This document shows positions 38,606 to 51,456 of a DNA stretch of 64,000 nt, one piece after another. Within the stretch, counting starts at the first letter, position 1. Every line of letters starts with the position of its first letter. A program made the translations under genes and the position numbers. The notes under the pieces are model-generated. The model was given only the letters and a program-made list of their open reading frames with translations. It searched no databases and was not told the DNA's origin. Source of the stretch: Cenococcum geophilum (Eukaryota); the NCBI GenBank assembly GCA_050273025.1, contig CP158635.1, positions 2,542,001-2,606,000 of the forward strand, read 5' to 3'.

Positions 38606-39754
38606 CTAATCATCACTCTTGCCAGGACCCTTGCCCTCTAAGAGATCAAAGAAAGGCTGCATCTCGTCCACGCAGCTCCGCCCATCCCTATCGCACCCGA
38701 TGAAATTGGCAACAAAATCCCCTTCCGAGTACATGCCTGCGATGTCCGTGCCTAAGGGGTTGTGGGTATAGGAGTTGAAGGTGCGTTGAGGGATGAGAGC
38801 TAGTTTAGCTAAAATAGTTCCGTGCCATCTAAACAAAGGGTTCAGGTCAGAAAGTGAAAAAGCGGAGAACACATTAGGCGAAGTGATATTCCAAAGCAAA
38901 GGGAAGCCTTCACTACTTGTGAAACTCGGCGAAAAGAATTTACGTACTGAACAATATGCTCTAGAGCATGACCTTCCGCCTTCTGGAAATTGTAACTCCG
39001 ATATAGTGGGTCGAACCACGCGTCTAAGAAGTATTTTGCCCATTCACCCCTCCTAATAATGAAACTGGATTGGCACAACCCGTCCCTGTCCTGGGCGACC
39101 ACCAAATCGATCCTGTCCCCCTTGATGTGGTCGAAAGTCTTGATTACACTATCAGGAGGCACGACAGGCTTGTTCACGATCATAAGAGATTCGAGGTGCT
39201 CTTTATCCACGATGTGGCCTGTGAGGGAGAGAGAGTGGTTCATGATGAGAGCGGTTGGGTCGAGGTACCAGAAGTATGTTGACGAGGGATATAGGGTTAT
39301 GGCGTGGCGCATGGCGGGGACTTTAGACCAAGACAATGGAGAGTTTTTCAGGTTATAGTCGGTCGTGCTGGGGAAGAAGGTTGTGTACCCTGGAAGAAAT
39401 ATTGTGTGAGTTGAGGGCTGCAATGGTAGTATAGAATTGTTCTGAAGAAACCTTACCATGTCGCGCCGCGTAATCTCGCCTGTTCTTCTTGATCTTTTCC
39501 ACAAATGCGGGATCCCATGATTCATTTATTACAGTTACTATCACCACTAGTGGTGTTCCGGCCGGTATGACTTCTGAGGAGTCTGAAGAGAAAAGATGGC
39601 CGAGTAGGTATATTATTCCAATGCATCCTAATAGTATTACGGCGAGAAACCGCAGCCTATCTCGCCTAAAGAGGGCCTTGAGCGGTGATCTCGAGTTTCG
39701 GACGGCGTAGGGAGGCGGCCATGATGTTTTGCGTGGAGGCATTGCGAAATGCAT
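38606..39754 (-). CDS. mnn11: GT34 glycosyltransferase, alpha-1,6-mannosyltransferase subunit Mnn11-like (3 exons)
   Basis: MHFAMPPRKTS N-terminus, a TM anchor, NRRDYAARHGY, WSKVPAMRHA, PVVPPDSVIKTF, LYRSYNFQKAE.HALEHIVQWHGTIL, YSEGDFVANF.GC. Confidence 0.85.
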
Positions 39755-40542
39755 GCCAGGTAATGGTGGACAAATGCCCGATGGAAGAGCGGGTCGCGGT
39801 AGCTAAAAGGACTTCGCAAAGGGGCCTGGCTCAAGGAATCATGTCTGAAGCGTCCCGCAATGGTCAGCCTTGGACAGAGGTCGAAGAGGTCAAAGAGGGA
39901 GCTGACAAGTATAATCAAAAGGAGATGGATAGCTGGTGGAACCCTGCAAAGGTTGACGATAAGGCTTGGCGGATTGTCCCTGTGGCGCTTTTCGTTCGCA
40001 TGTTGCCCCCGCCGCACCACGAGTCTTGTTTAATCGCTGGCACCATCAACACCATCAACACCATCGGCCGGGAAATCCTGACGAGACTTCCGTATCCCTT
40101 TGCAAGGCAGTTTGTACGATTCCTTAGATTCTTAGGATTCTTAAGAAACTCATTCCTACAGCCATGTTAAGCTTAAATTCATGCTTGTTTGCCGTGTTTC
40201 GGGTCTAGCAATAGTAGCGTCCCAATGTTAGACAGCCTAGGGGATGGTGGACGCCTTTCTCAGCCTTCAATCTCAACACCACGCGACTTAGACGTCGGAT
40301 TTTTAAAACGATAAGATTGGCGGACCATCCTGCGTAGAATTATACGCCACCCGGTTCTTCGCCATGGTAGCACAACGGGAGATGCGCTTCTATGACGTTG
40401 ATCGCCCGTCACAATTCACTCTGCTAAGCTCCGGGGCCATTGCCATACATAAAAAGAGAGCCATTCCTTGTAATCATCTTATAATCCTACTTCGGCGTCT
40501 TTTATCTGTTGAGTGCATATTCGTTCCTCTAATCCTCCAACC

Positions 40543-41268
40543 ATGGTCGAGAAGGTGCTCCAATTGAAATGCAATTGCAATCAGTATCCATGGGGACGGA
40601 AAGGCTCCGAGTCACTAGCTGCACGCCTCTGTGCCAAAACTCTAGGTACGGACTTCAAAATTGACGAGAACAAGCCCTACTCTGAGATGTAAGAAGTACT
40701 CTCCCTTGTCCGTTCAATAGCTTCAGCAATTGACCTGCGGTTTCGACTAGGTGGATGGACACATTCTCAAGACAGGAGAGGACCTTCAGGATGTCCTCGA
40801 CGCACACCCACAGGAGTTGATTGGTAAGACTGTGACAGAAATTAAGTACACAAAGCTTCCATACCTCTCGAAGGTCCTCTCAGCTGCGAAAGCTCTACCC
40901 TTACACCTACATCCGGTATGTTACCGACACGCCTTTTTAGAGCATCTCACCAGTCCCAAGTATAGAACAAGAACGTTGCGAGTGAACTCCATCGCCGAGA
41001 TCCCTCGAACTTCACTAATTCCAACCACAAACCCGAAATTGCTCTCGCCTTGACCGAGTGCGAAGCCTTCCGCGACTTCAAGCCGCCCGCCGCCATTGAC
41101 CGCCTAACGAAACTCCCACCTCTCCAAGTCTCTCCACCACAAGTAAAAAAGCCGGAATTCAACGACCAAACATTAAAATATATTGCCAAGAGGATGCTCG
41201 AAGCGTCCGATGAGGTCATCTGAGAGGCCGACGATGCGCTCATGCAACTTCCCAAGGAGGCGTTCCCC
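40543..41268 (+). pseudogene. Mannose-6-phosphate isomerase (type I, paralogue) pseudogene
   Basis: MVEKVLQLKCNCNQYPWG...PYSEMWM, LPYL.KVLS.AKALPLHLHP, NHKPEIALAL. It has a deletion/frameshift after WM (~40758), an in-frame TGA at 41221, and has lost the C-terminal half at a transposon junction. Confidence 0.85.
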
Positions 41269-41470
41269 GCTGCGTGTATGGCCGCACTCAATGCACACCA
41301 AAATCCAAAAACACCAAAAATTCAACTCTATCGTATACAATTAAAATGGACCCAATTAACGCCGCTCTTGCTGCATTAGAGCTGCAAGATCCTCCTAATT
41401 ACACTCGGATAGCTAAATAATTTAATATTATTTATTCTACGCTTTCCCGGTGTTATCGGTAGATTACTTA
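41269..41470 (+). mobile_element. 5' remnant of a Fot1/pogo-like transposon
   Basis: Subterminal tgcacaccaaaa repeats, then MDPINAALAALELQDPPNYTRIAK*FNI..STLSR..R (psq-type HTH) with RIP-type changes. Confidence 0.7.
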
Positions 41471-42282
41471 TGCTCGCTGCCTCAGATCCATCCCACTCCG
41501 CCTATCCACTTTCTTTGCCAGGAGGCCTTGCCCAAATGAATAATCTACGGGATTAAATCCGCATATATTCTCGGGTCTACGCAATGCATGCAGCTGAAGT
41601 CATGGCTCCGCTTAGACGTGCGTCTCCGCATTGCACTCCACTTGAATATATTCTCCGCACTCAGCACCTCTCCTCGCATTCCGCAACGTCTTCTTAAACC
41701 TCGCACTTTCTCTTCGTAGATTTTCCGGGTACGACTTCTTTTTTTTGGCTTTCTATTTGGCATCCTCTAATTACTTGAAGCGCTAGAAAATCTGCTGCAG
41801 ATCATGCGGATGTCTGATATTTGATATTTGACAAGTTAGTTATTTTCATTGCTCAAGGAGCTCATCATCCCAGCAGAGAAATAATCATGATTTCATGCTA
41901 GGTTTTTGGGGCTATTACCATGAGAACGTATGGTTATATGAAAGCCCAAAAAGCTAATGGCAGAAGACCAGCCATAGACTCTGACTAGCTGAGGTCCAGT
42001 GGCCACCAAACAAAAGTCCACGGACCCAACGCCAGCGCAACCACCTTTTCAGGGTGCGTCCATGGATTATCTCAGCAAAACCTAGAGAGCAGCCAACTAT
42101 CCACCAACCCTCCGGCCTCTTCTCCCTCCCTGCCTCACTCCGCAACCGAATCTACGCCCACCTCAACACTGAGAAGTCAACATCGGCCAGCCCGGCGCCT
42201 CCTACACCCACACCCTCCCCTGCCCTCCTCCTCTTCCTCCACCCTGATCCAATTCCACGCCTCCTCCTCCTAAATCCTAATC

Positions 42283-43395
42283 CTACCCAAACCCCACCCA
42301 CCCAACCTCCTCATACTCCTCCCCAACCACCGCTCCCCCCTCATCCAACACCTTCCTCGCGCCCATCCTACAAATCGCCACCTTATCAACCCTCAACCCC
42401 TCCGCCCAAACAAACCCCTCAAACCGCTCCAACAACCCCCTAGCATCGAACCGGAGAGGCGCGCGCGCATTCGGCCCATGCCCGCGCGACCGATCCGGGA
42501 CGGGATCCACCCCCGTTCCGTCCGCCGCACCGGCGCCATTCCCCGCGTCCCCCGCTCCCGCTCCTACTCCCCCTCCCACTCCGCGCCCGATCCCGCCGCC
42601 CCCGCGCGCGCGTCCGCCCCGCCCGCCTGCTTTCGCGTAGATGGTGTTCAGGACCGTCGCGTGCAGCTTGAGGGGCCGGTCGTCGGGGAGGAGGAAGCCG
42701 CGCTGGGTGAAGAGGCGCTGGAGGGAGAGGCAGAAGGGGAGGAGGCGGTTTCCGGGGTCCGAGGGGGCGGCGTAGAGGATGGAGGTTCTGGTTGCGGGGT
42801 GCATGGAGTAGAGGGATGTGAGGGAGAGGATGAGCTGGGGTGGTGGGGGTGAGAGTGGGACGGGGATGGGGACGGCGCCGTCTGCTGAGGTGGTCGTGGC
42901 TGGGGGAGGTGGATGTGGGGTTGGTTTCGTGCTGGGCGCTGGCCGGGTCGGGGGATCGAGAGGAGGGCCTGGGGCCGAGGCGGTCGTCTGGATTTCCGCC
43001 AGCAACGCTCTCAGATTCAAGCCTTGCAGTAACTCCACGGCTTCCCGCACTCTCTCTTCCCCCGCCAGACTCATCACCCCGAGCGTCAGATGCAGCGTTC
43101 CAACTGGTCTGACAGCCTTCTCGGGCACGCCCACCTCGCCGCTCTCTCCGCCCCTCCCCAGCTCGTCCCTGAACCGCTGCAGCGAGGTTTCCAACTGCGG
43201 ACGCGACGAGGAAGTGACGAGCGGGATACAGAGGAAGTGGGTCAGGGGCGGCTTTTTGGTCACGTGACCGGGTTTTTTCGCGTTAGAGAATTGAGAGTAC
43301 GGTTGTGGTTTGGTGGTAGCCGAGGCCGAGGGCAAGGGAGGCTCTTCGCCTTCCACGAAGTCATTGGGAGCGGGGTTGCGGCGGGGTCGTGGCAT
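42283..43395 (-). CDS. AKAP7-like 2H phosphoesterase (2'-5' RNA ligase-like / ASCC1-like)
   Basis: LTHFLCIPL plus two HxT motifs (GTLHLTLGVM, LKLHATVLNT) and ICRMGA. The likely start is MPRPRR (43395), though the frame is open up to 43611. Confidence 0.85.
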   Translation of the reverse strand: MPRPRRNPAPNDFVEGEEPPLPSASATTKPQPYSQFSNAKKPGHVTKKPPLTHFLCIPLVTSSSRPQLETSLQRFRDELGRGGESGEVGVPEKAVRPVGTLHLTLGVMSLAGEERVREAVELLQGLNLRALLAEIQTTASAPGPPLDPPTRPAPSTKPTPHPPPPATTTSADGAVPIPVPLSPPPPQLILSLTSLYSMHPATRTSILYAAPSDPGNRLLPFCLSLQRLFTQRGFLLPDDRPLKLHATVLNTIYAKAGGRGGRARGGGGIGRGVGGGVGAGAGDAGNGAGAADGTGVDPVPDRSRGHGPNARAPLRFDARGLLERFEGFVWAEGLRVDKVAICRMGARKVLDEGGAVVGEEYEEVGWVGFG

Positions 43396-44233
43396 TCCTT
43401 CGGTCGTGGTGTGATAGTGACAGATGTGGTGGTGAGAGGGGTTGATGAGGCTGGGGAGCATTATAGACGGAAAGAAACGGAGGGCAATTGAGGCTGAGGC
43501 GGAGAGAAGTGATGAGTCAAAATGGAAGCAACGACTGGTGGAAATGGAATATTTGTTTATGATTTGATTGCAGAAGGAGAGCTGTGGGAGTGTGAAGAGT
43601 TGTAGGAGCATATGGAGACGTTTTGGGTTAGTCGGTGACTGAGTGGTCGTGGGTCAATCCCAGAAGCAGATTCAAACCAGATGCAAACAAGATAGTGAAG
43701 CGAATGAGTAGCGAATGAGAGACTCGAAATAGGTGGACTCAGCCAGAGTCACATCATATTTTCTACTATTGGCTGGTTGGATGGAACCGAAAAAGCATGA
43801 AAACATGCAAGAGAACTTTCTGTCAGGATACGACAAACGTGACTAATGCACTTCTTTTGCACAATCCCGTCATCAAATTTAGTGCTGACTGTGAGGTCAT
43901 GGGCTGAAATCCTAAGCCCACCCACCCCCACCATAACTCGCCCGAGACACCAACCCAAGATCGTCAGGCAAACACACCGTAACAGAGAAAAGACTACCCT
44001 ATATCCACCCAACCTTGCATTCACGAATTCGCTCACTGGTTCTCCGGAATAAAACGACAGCCACGCGTCTTACACTAGGTAGACAGCTCAGGCCCATTAT
44101 GAAAGCCTGGGTTTAGTTATAATAACAAGCGCCCCACGTCATGCAAAAACACTATCATGCTTCCCGTTCCCCCCAATGCTACGGGTTCCATAATGATCCG
44201 TACTCTCCAAGAATGCCCTCCGTAGTGTTGAAA

Positions 44234-44262
44234 AATAATGATGATAATAATAATAATAATAA
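44234..44262. repeat. (AAT)n microsatellite
   Basis: aataatgatgataataataataataataa. Confidence 0.7.
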
Positions 44263-44461
44263 AAGGAAGTGATGCCTGAGAAAAGGCTCAAAGCAGAGGT
44301 TGAGAAATTTTGATTCGCCTTGTCTCTCCGTCCGTACCAGTCGAGTGATGCAAAGCCGGCAGCCCCAATCCCGCCATATCAACAGAAGTACCGGATACGC
44401 CCAACTTCAACAACGAAAATGAAACCATGTCCGACTTTTATCCTTTCAACGACCGTTTATC

Positions 44462-45108
44462 TCATGATTCGCGGTAGAAATTCTTCAGCACCTCCTCGAC
44501 CTCGGCGAATTCTTGCTTTGCTTGCTTTATTGTTGTCTCCAATCGCTTAAGACACACATCGTCGTCTAGCTCGTCCTTTGTTCCGGTTTCATCCTTTTTT
44601 GCGCCGAAGTGTTGGATCTTCTCACAGCTGTCCTTGACTTTAGTGAGTCCGAGCGTGGCCGAAGAGCCTTTGAGGAAATGCCCGAGAGCCGAAAGTTGTG
44701 CTAGGTCCCTTTTCACCCTGCCGAAATGCTGTCAGAAAATAGATTGCAGCTTGCGCGTAACGAATTATCAACAAGACCACTTACAGACATGAATTCATCT
44801 TGTCAAAGGTGCTTTCGGCCTGCGTGAAGAAGTCGAACACGATGCTCTTGGAGAAATCTCTCTCCTCGTCATCGTCCATTTCAAGAATCTGCTCGAATGT
44901 CGCCGCATCAATGCTGTCGCCTGCTTCCGGCAGTACCATTGTCTCGCCCTCACTCTATTTTGGTTTATAGGTTAGCCGTTTATCTTCGTTTATGCCGTGT
45001 CCCGCAGCGTTGCAGCCTCGCAGGTTTCGATGGTGAGTGGGGGTGAAGGGAAGAGCGATGGAGGGGCAGACAAACCCTGTTACTATCGTCCGGGTCTGTT
45101 CTAGCCAT
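44462..45108 (-). CDS. ypd1: Histidine phosphotransfer (HPt) protein Ypd1 (3 exons)
   Basis: TFEQILEMDDDEERDFSKSIVFDFFTQAESTF and LSALGHFLKGSSATLGLTKVKDSCEKIQHFG. Confidence 0.95.
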
Positions 45109-46030
45109 AGTTTATCCGAGAGGGCGCTTCCAGGTTCTTCTGTTGCGAAATACCTGCTCTTTGTCCGGCGCAGTCAACGAGGTCCGCAATGAATTTTTTG
45201 GTTTTTGGTTTTTGTTTGGCCACCGATTCCTTTCATACACGCGCAACTGGGTATTTTTCCGCTGTCAAGCGCGGCCTAGCTCTTCCGGTGTGGTGGGTAT
45301 GACGAAAGAAGGTTCGGCCCGTTTTGACAGAAATGTTCTACTCTAACAGGGCCCGGGAATAATATGAAAGAAGCTTTTCCAGGTGCGTAGGGGGTGTAGC
45401 TTGATAGCAAGGGAAAAAATTTTGGAGCTCTCTGTTAAATTAGTTTCCAAGGGTGCCCCGCCTTAAGGGTCGCAATGGCGCCGAGCTGGGGAAATGGTAT
45501 GGGGTATGCAGATTGGGTCGACGGCAAAGGTTGATGAAAGGGGATCGGTAAAAGATAAGGTGGTAGAGCAAGGTCGGATTGTCACTCTTGGATATTTTGA
45601 AATAATAATAATCAGCGTGGTGTGGGCATTTGGAGGTGTGGGGTTTTTCTTCCCCAATTGGTAAAGGTTAAGTTTCCGAGTATCACAGCTGGAAGGGAAA
45701 GGCAGTGAGATGAGAAGATCAGCAGGCGTTTGACTGGCTCACCAGCCAGACGGGCCTTTCAACGCGGGCCCGCAAAAAGCCCACATTTTTCTCAGACAAC
45801 CCCGACCAGATACTCCAGGCGAAAGTAGTCGAAGCATCAAATCGCTCATGAAGCAAAAACGTGGTGGTGGAGGGGTATATAGGTCTAGAACAGGTCGATT
45901 CGTCCAATGGCCGCTAACCGAGTCACCTACGTCACCAATGCAGCACACTGTGGACGCCGCTGAACGACGTAATTCCCAGACGCATGGGTTTCGGTCCCTA
46001 GATCCGCATTTTGTCGCCGACCGCGCGCGC

Positions 46031-46090
46031 AAAGCAGGGTGAAGCGGCATGAAGCAGCATGAAGCAGGGTGAAGCAGCAGCATGAAGCAA
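46031..46090. repeat. ~10-bp tandem repeat (TGAAGCAGSR) upstream of ypd1
   Basis: aagcagggt gaagcggcat gaagcagcat gaagcagggt gaagcagcag catgaagcaa. Confidence 0.7.
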
Positions 46091-46958
46091 CACAGCTCGC
46101 TGCTAACAATGCTCCCACCCGCCCTGGCCAGCCCGCGAATGGCCCGTCTGCGAGCCCACCCTGGAAGCGATGCAGTTGCCAAGCGCCGCCGACACGCAGG
46201 GTCTTCCACCTACCTTGCGCTTTGGCGCATGACTGCCCGCCTGTTGTGCCTCGTCGACCGCTCCACCGCATTTTCCCTCAACCGCGCCGCTGTGGAGTCC
46301 ACGGCAACCCGGATTCCCATTTGTAGCTTCTTTGATTTCGATTTTTTGATTTTCCAGCACTCTTTTCTGCGTGTAGGCTGATGGGGATGAGACGCTCTTC
46401 ACACGCAAAAGAAAATCACAGCTCAGTACATCGGGCCAAACGGGACGGGAAGGTGCTGGCGGGACCCTTGGAGGCTGGCAACGGAAGAAGCAATGATCAG
46501 CAGTCTCGCTCAAGACACAATTTTCAAGGCCGAGACGATAGCCTCCGTTTTGCTCGGCGTCTTTCGTCAAGTTGTTGCCGTGCAGCTCCGTTTCGGGATC
46601 GCGGGGTAGCTTCAGCTGCTCCCAGGATAACTGGTTCGATCTATTAGAAATCTACCGAGAGGGATCCAAAACAGTCCAAGGCCCAGCACCATAAACTCTA
46701 GGTTATCGGGGATGCCCTTCGGGCTTCGATTCCGATCACCCATCGGGTCGCAATCACTGCTCAAGGTAAGATCCAACGCTAACGATGATGGATGCAGAGT
46801 GATGAAAGTGATTGACTTGCTTTTCTATTAGATTCTCTACTCCCGGTCCATTTTCGTTTCAGTCGTACTTCAATCGCACTCTACAGTCTACAGTACAGCA
46901 CACTTTGTCTAATGTATTCAAGGAGAAGCGGTGAGATCCAAAAGGTAAAACAAGACAT

Positions 46959-48601
46959 TTAACCAGTTACTTTGTAGATTGCCTCGGCGAGGCGTTTAAC
47001 ATTTCCAGTCGTGATGCCCGCAACCGAAATTCGTCCATCTTTGGTAGCATATACAGAATGCTAATGCAAGTCAGCTTATGCATTATGTACCCTTTTTAGG
47101 GATACCAGTGTTCAGCAGGAAAATTAAAGCTTTACTTCTTTGGCGAGCACATCCATCTGCTCAGGCTTCAGACCCGTAAATGCGAACATGCCAATCTGAG
47201 ACGTGATGTGGCTCCAGTCGTGTTTGCTTCCTAGCTTCTCGAGATTCTCTTTCAGCAAGGCACGCATGGTGATGATGCGGTCCGCCATGTCCTTGACCTC
47301 GCCTAGCCATTGCTTGTTCAACACAGGGTCGTTCAGGATCTCGGAGGCGATTCGAGCGCCGTGAATCGGAGGATTGGAGTAGAGGGGTCGTACAAGAATC
47401 TTGATTTGGGAGTCTACTCGCTTCTTCTCCTCGGCGGACTCGCAAACAACAGAGAATGCACCAACACGCTCACCATACAAGCCCTGTTTTCACGTGTTAC
47501 CTACTAATGCAGAGCAGACGTCAAGACATATAACTTACCATGTTCTTTGCAAAGCTCTGCGCTAGGCAGGGTCGCAGTCCCTCCTCGATGAAGTGCCTCA
47601 GAGCAAATGCATCCTTGTTGGTGTCACCGCTAGCGAAGCCCTGGTAGGCCATGTCGAAGAATGGGTAGTGGTCGCCCTCCTTCACAGCTTCTGCAATTGC
47701 CACCCATTGCCCTTCGGTGGGATCGACACCGGTTGGGTTGTGCGCACAGGCATGGAGAAGAATTATGCTGCCCCTTGGCATAGCCTTGATATCTGCAACC
47801 ATGCCATCGAAGTCAAGGCCGATCGTATCTTTGTTATAATAACGATATTTCTCTACTTTCAATCCTGAATCCTTGAAAACCGCATTGTGATTTGCCCAGC
47901 TAGGAGTGGGGATGTAGATGGTCGTCGCGCCGGGGTAGAATCGTTCCAAGAACGCGCCACCAATCCGCAAAGCGCCGGTACCTGAGATGGACTGCGTGAT
48001 AGCTACTCTGTCCTCCTTGATGACTGCCGAGTCTGAACCGTACGCCAGTAGAGCAGCAGCCTTAGCGAACGCAGGCACACCAGTGATGCCTGCATATTCT
48101 TTGTCCAATTTTGATTCCACAATCTTCTTCTCCGCCGTCCGCACCGATGGGAGAACGAATGGCTTGCCTTTATCGTCTCGGTATGCGCCAACACCTCGTT
48201 AAGGTCAGAAGGTTGATGTGAAGACGTCATTCGCAGACGAGGTTACGGAGCATACCCAAATTGATCTTTTTAGGGTTGCTGTCCGCTTTGTAGGCCTCAG
48301 TAATACCTGGTTGATGTTAGAAAAAGAAAGTCTCAACGCTACGGAGACACTTCCGCACTGCTCACCTAGAATTGCCTGAAAATGCGGGGAAGCAGTGAGT
48401 AAGAGCTCATATGAAAGTAGGGAAAGGAATGCGCACATCCTAAATATCAGTCAGTTTCATTTTTACGAGGAATTGACTACTACAACCCACTGGAGGCCCT
48501 TGGGGAACCTTTGCCCAAGCCGACACCGCTCTGGCCCCAGCCTTGATGGATAATTGCCCCTTCGCAGCTCGACCCACAGCAGTTCTCGAAGAAGCGAGCA
48601 T
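46959..48601 (-). CDS. Mitochondrial aspartate aminotransferase (multi-exon)
   Basis: Presequence [13 protein letters not shown], then [51 protein letters not shown] (PLP lysine) and [10 protein letters not shown]. Confidence 0.95.
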
Positions 48602-48883
48602 TCTGACGAGCCGGTAAAATACGTGAAGGAAAACGGATATGAGCGAAGACTCGTTAAGATGTAGTCGCAAAGAGTCAAAAAAAGTCTGATTGTTGGATTA
48701 CCTAGGAGAAATAGCATTTTGAGCTTGGACGCGCGCGGAGTTCGCCGAGCCGACCCGTTTCGGCGTATGTTAAATCCGATGTAGCAAAGACGCCAAGGCC
48801 TTCTAGAAAAAGAATCTTAGGATGAATAAAGTACTCAATTATGCAGACACGTCCATTGTAGCCAATACCATTACCACCCAGGC

Positions 48884-51001
48884 ATGCGCACCACTCTTCA
48901 ACACGCCAGCAAGCTTCTTCTGCATTGTGAAGCTGCCACACCTCACGCCTCTATTCCCGCATTTCTCTGCCCAGCTTTATTAAGGAGTCAACCAGTAACG
49001 GGATTCCCGCCGCAGAACCTCCCACGACCGAAGAAAGCCTTTTCAACTTTTGGACGAAAACGAACACCAGATACCGCTATAGCCACTCCTTCACCTGCTA
49101 GTAGCACACCTCCCGCACCGCAGCCTAATAAACGCGTGCTTCCGGTATGCTGTCCAGGATGTGGAGCTCCAACCCAGATTCTGGCATCAAGTGAAGCAGG
49201 ATACTACTCTCTCTCGCGAGGTGCTGTAAAATCATATCTCAACTACGATGATAGCCAAACGAAAGCTACCGAGGATGATGTCTTTACCAAAGCAATCAAG
49301 CAGGTAGACAATAAGGTCTTAGAGGACCTAGGTCTAGACAGGACTGTATTGTGTAAGTACCCATTGGCCGCCCACCTTGTACACCACTAATACGAGAAAC
49401 ACGCAGCAACACCCCTCGAGAAACCTGAGCCTCCAATTCCGATCTGCGACCGGTGCCACAACCTAATCCACCACTCATCGGGGGTGCCGATCTATCACCC
49501 CACCATCGAGGCCATTCAAGATACTATCGCCGAGTCCCCACACAGGCGCAACCACGTCTACCACATCATTGACGCGGCAGACTTCCCCATGTCGCTCATC
49601 ACGAACCTGAACAGAGCGCTCCACCTCCCTCAATTACGTACCCAGAACCGCCGGTCGAAACACCGTGTATGGCAGAGCGGGGACCGGATCGCTGAAGTCA
49701 GCTTCATAATCACGCGCTCCGACCTGCTTGCGCCACTGAAAGAACAGGTGGATCGATTAATGCCGTATGCGAAGGAAGTCCTGCGCGAGGCATTAGGGCG
49801 GACCGGCCGGAACGTCCGACTGGGCAATGTGAGCATGGTCAGTGCGAAGAGAGGGTGGTGGACAAAAGAGGTTAAAGAAGATATTTGGGAGCGCGGAGGC
49901 GGCGGGTGGATGGTTGGCAAGGTCAACGTTGGCAAGAGTAATCTGTTCGAGGTCGTCTTCCCGAAAGGACGAGGCGATCAAGACGTCAACGTCAAAAAGA
50001 TACGGAGCGCAGCAGAGCGGGAGCACCTAAAAGCCGAGCGAGAGCGTTTAGAAGCCACCGCAACGTCTCTTGAGGAGCTCGTACAAATCCAATCCAGCGC
50101 GGCGGAAAAAGAAAGAAGCCTAGCTGATGATGACGGTACTGCGGAAACGCCTCGGAAGGAAGAGGAGATTCTGGACGACGACTCCCTGCTCCCCCCGCCT
50201 CGAAAAGAAACTCCTTATCCCGCTATGCCCACCATCTCCGCCCTCCCTGGCACTACCGCTTCGCCCATCCGCATCCCTTTCGGCAACGGGAAAGGCGAGC
50301 TAATCGACCTGCCCGGCCTCGCCCGCAGCAACCTCGACACCTACGTCCGGCCCGAGCACAAGCTCGACCTCGTCATGAAAAGCCGCATCACGCCCCAAAA
50401 ACAGTCTATCAAGCCAGGCTCCTCGCTGCTGCTAGGCGGCCTGATCCGCATCACGCCGCGGACGCCCGATCTTGTGTTTCTGGCCCACCCGTTCGTGCCG
50501 ATAGACGCGCACGTCACGTCGACAGAGAAGGCCGAGGGCATCCAGAACCGCACAAGGGAGTCAGGCGTCCCGGTCATCACGGAGCCCTGGGCCGGCGAGA
50601 AGATGAAGTCGGCGGGGATGTTCCAGCTGAAATGGGACGTCACGAGGAAGCAGACGGGTCCGCTCACCAACCCTGTAGCTGTGAAGCTCAAGCCGGAGCG
50701 GCTGCCTTTCATCGTCTACTCTGCCGATGTCCTCATTGAAGGGTGTGGGTGGGTCGAGCTGGTTGCGCAAGTACGGAAACCGAAACAGAGCGCCGACGAT
50801 GCGCTCATGGGGCCGGTCTTCCCTGAGGTCGAGGTGTTCAGTCCTGAGGGTAAATATGTTGCTGTAAGGCCGCCTATGGGCGCTTCTGTGCTCGGAGGGC
50901 CGAAGCCGAAGGGCAGGAATGAGAGGCATGCGAGGCCGAGGCGGAGTATGAAATCTGTGAAGGCGCAGAGGAAACCAAAGCCTAAGGGCTCCCAGGAATA
51001 A
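48884..51001 (+). CDS. gep3: Mitochondrial circularly permuted GTPase Gep3/Mtg3 (YqeH/NOA1 family), one intron at ~49352-49407
   Basis: CPGCGA and CDRCH Zn-site, IIDAADFP, ITRSD, VSAKRGW, GKVNVGKS, PGTT, IDLPGL. Confidence 0.92.
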
Positions 51002-51456
51002 TCTCGTGTATATATCACTCCTGCATATGGTAATGCTTTATGATTACTATACTAAGTACTATATGCCTTTACTTATGCACCATTACCGCCATGCCGTGCC
51101 GTTTAGGGATTGGGAGAAGTAGAAAATGGGAAATGGTCGTCAAATTGTGCAATCGCTCTCCACTCACCTCGTATCAGACTCATAGACCAGTCTGGCAGAT
51201 ATGCATCTTGGCCAGCGTATGGGAAGTTTTGTAGCTCTGAACTTGCCTCATTGATAGCTTCAATGTGTTAAACAACCCTGTCCCACTGCCGCAAGACATT
51301 TTGTGCCTTTTCTTCAGATATCCACCAAGAGAAAGACCAGTCCAAACCACTTTGCACTCTTAGCCACCTTCAATACCCCGGAGCACCCACCCCACTTAAA
51401 CTCGATGACCCCGGCTCCATCGAGCATGACTGGATCCCAAAACCCCCTTGATGGGA

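Noticed and set aside
39685..40170. 161-aa plus-strand ORF and 127-aa minus-strand ORF
   Set aside because: They overlap the mnn11 start and 5' region, have no recognisable domain and are probably incidental.
42478..43491. Several plus-strand ORFs of 90-149 aa
   Set aside because: Antisense shadows of the GC-rich 2H phosphoesterase gene.
45719..46647. Cluster of overlapping ORFs on both strands
   Set aside because: GC-rich intergenic DNA upstream of ypd1 with low-complexity repeats; no coherent protein or splice pattern.
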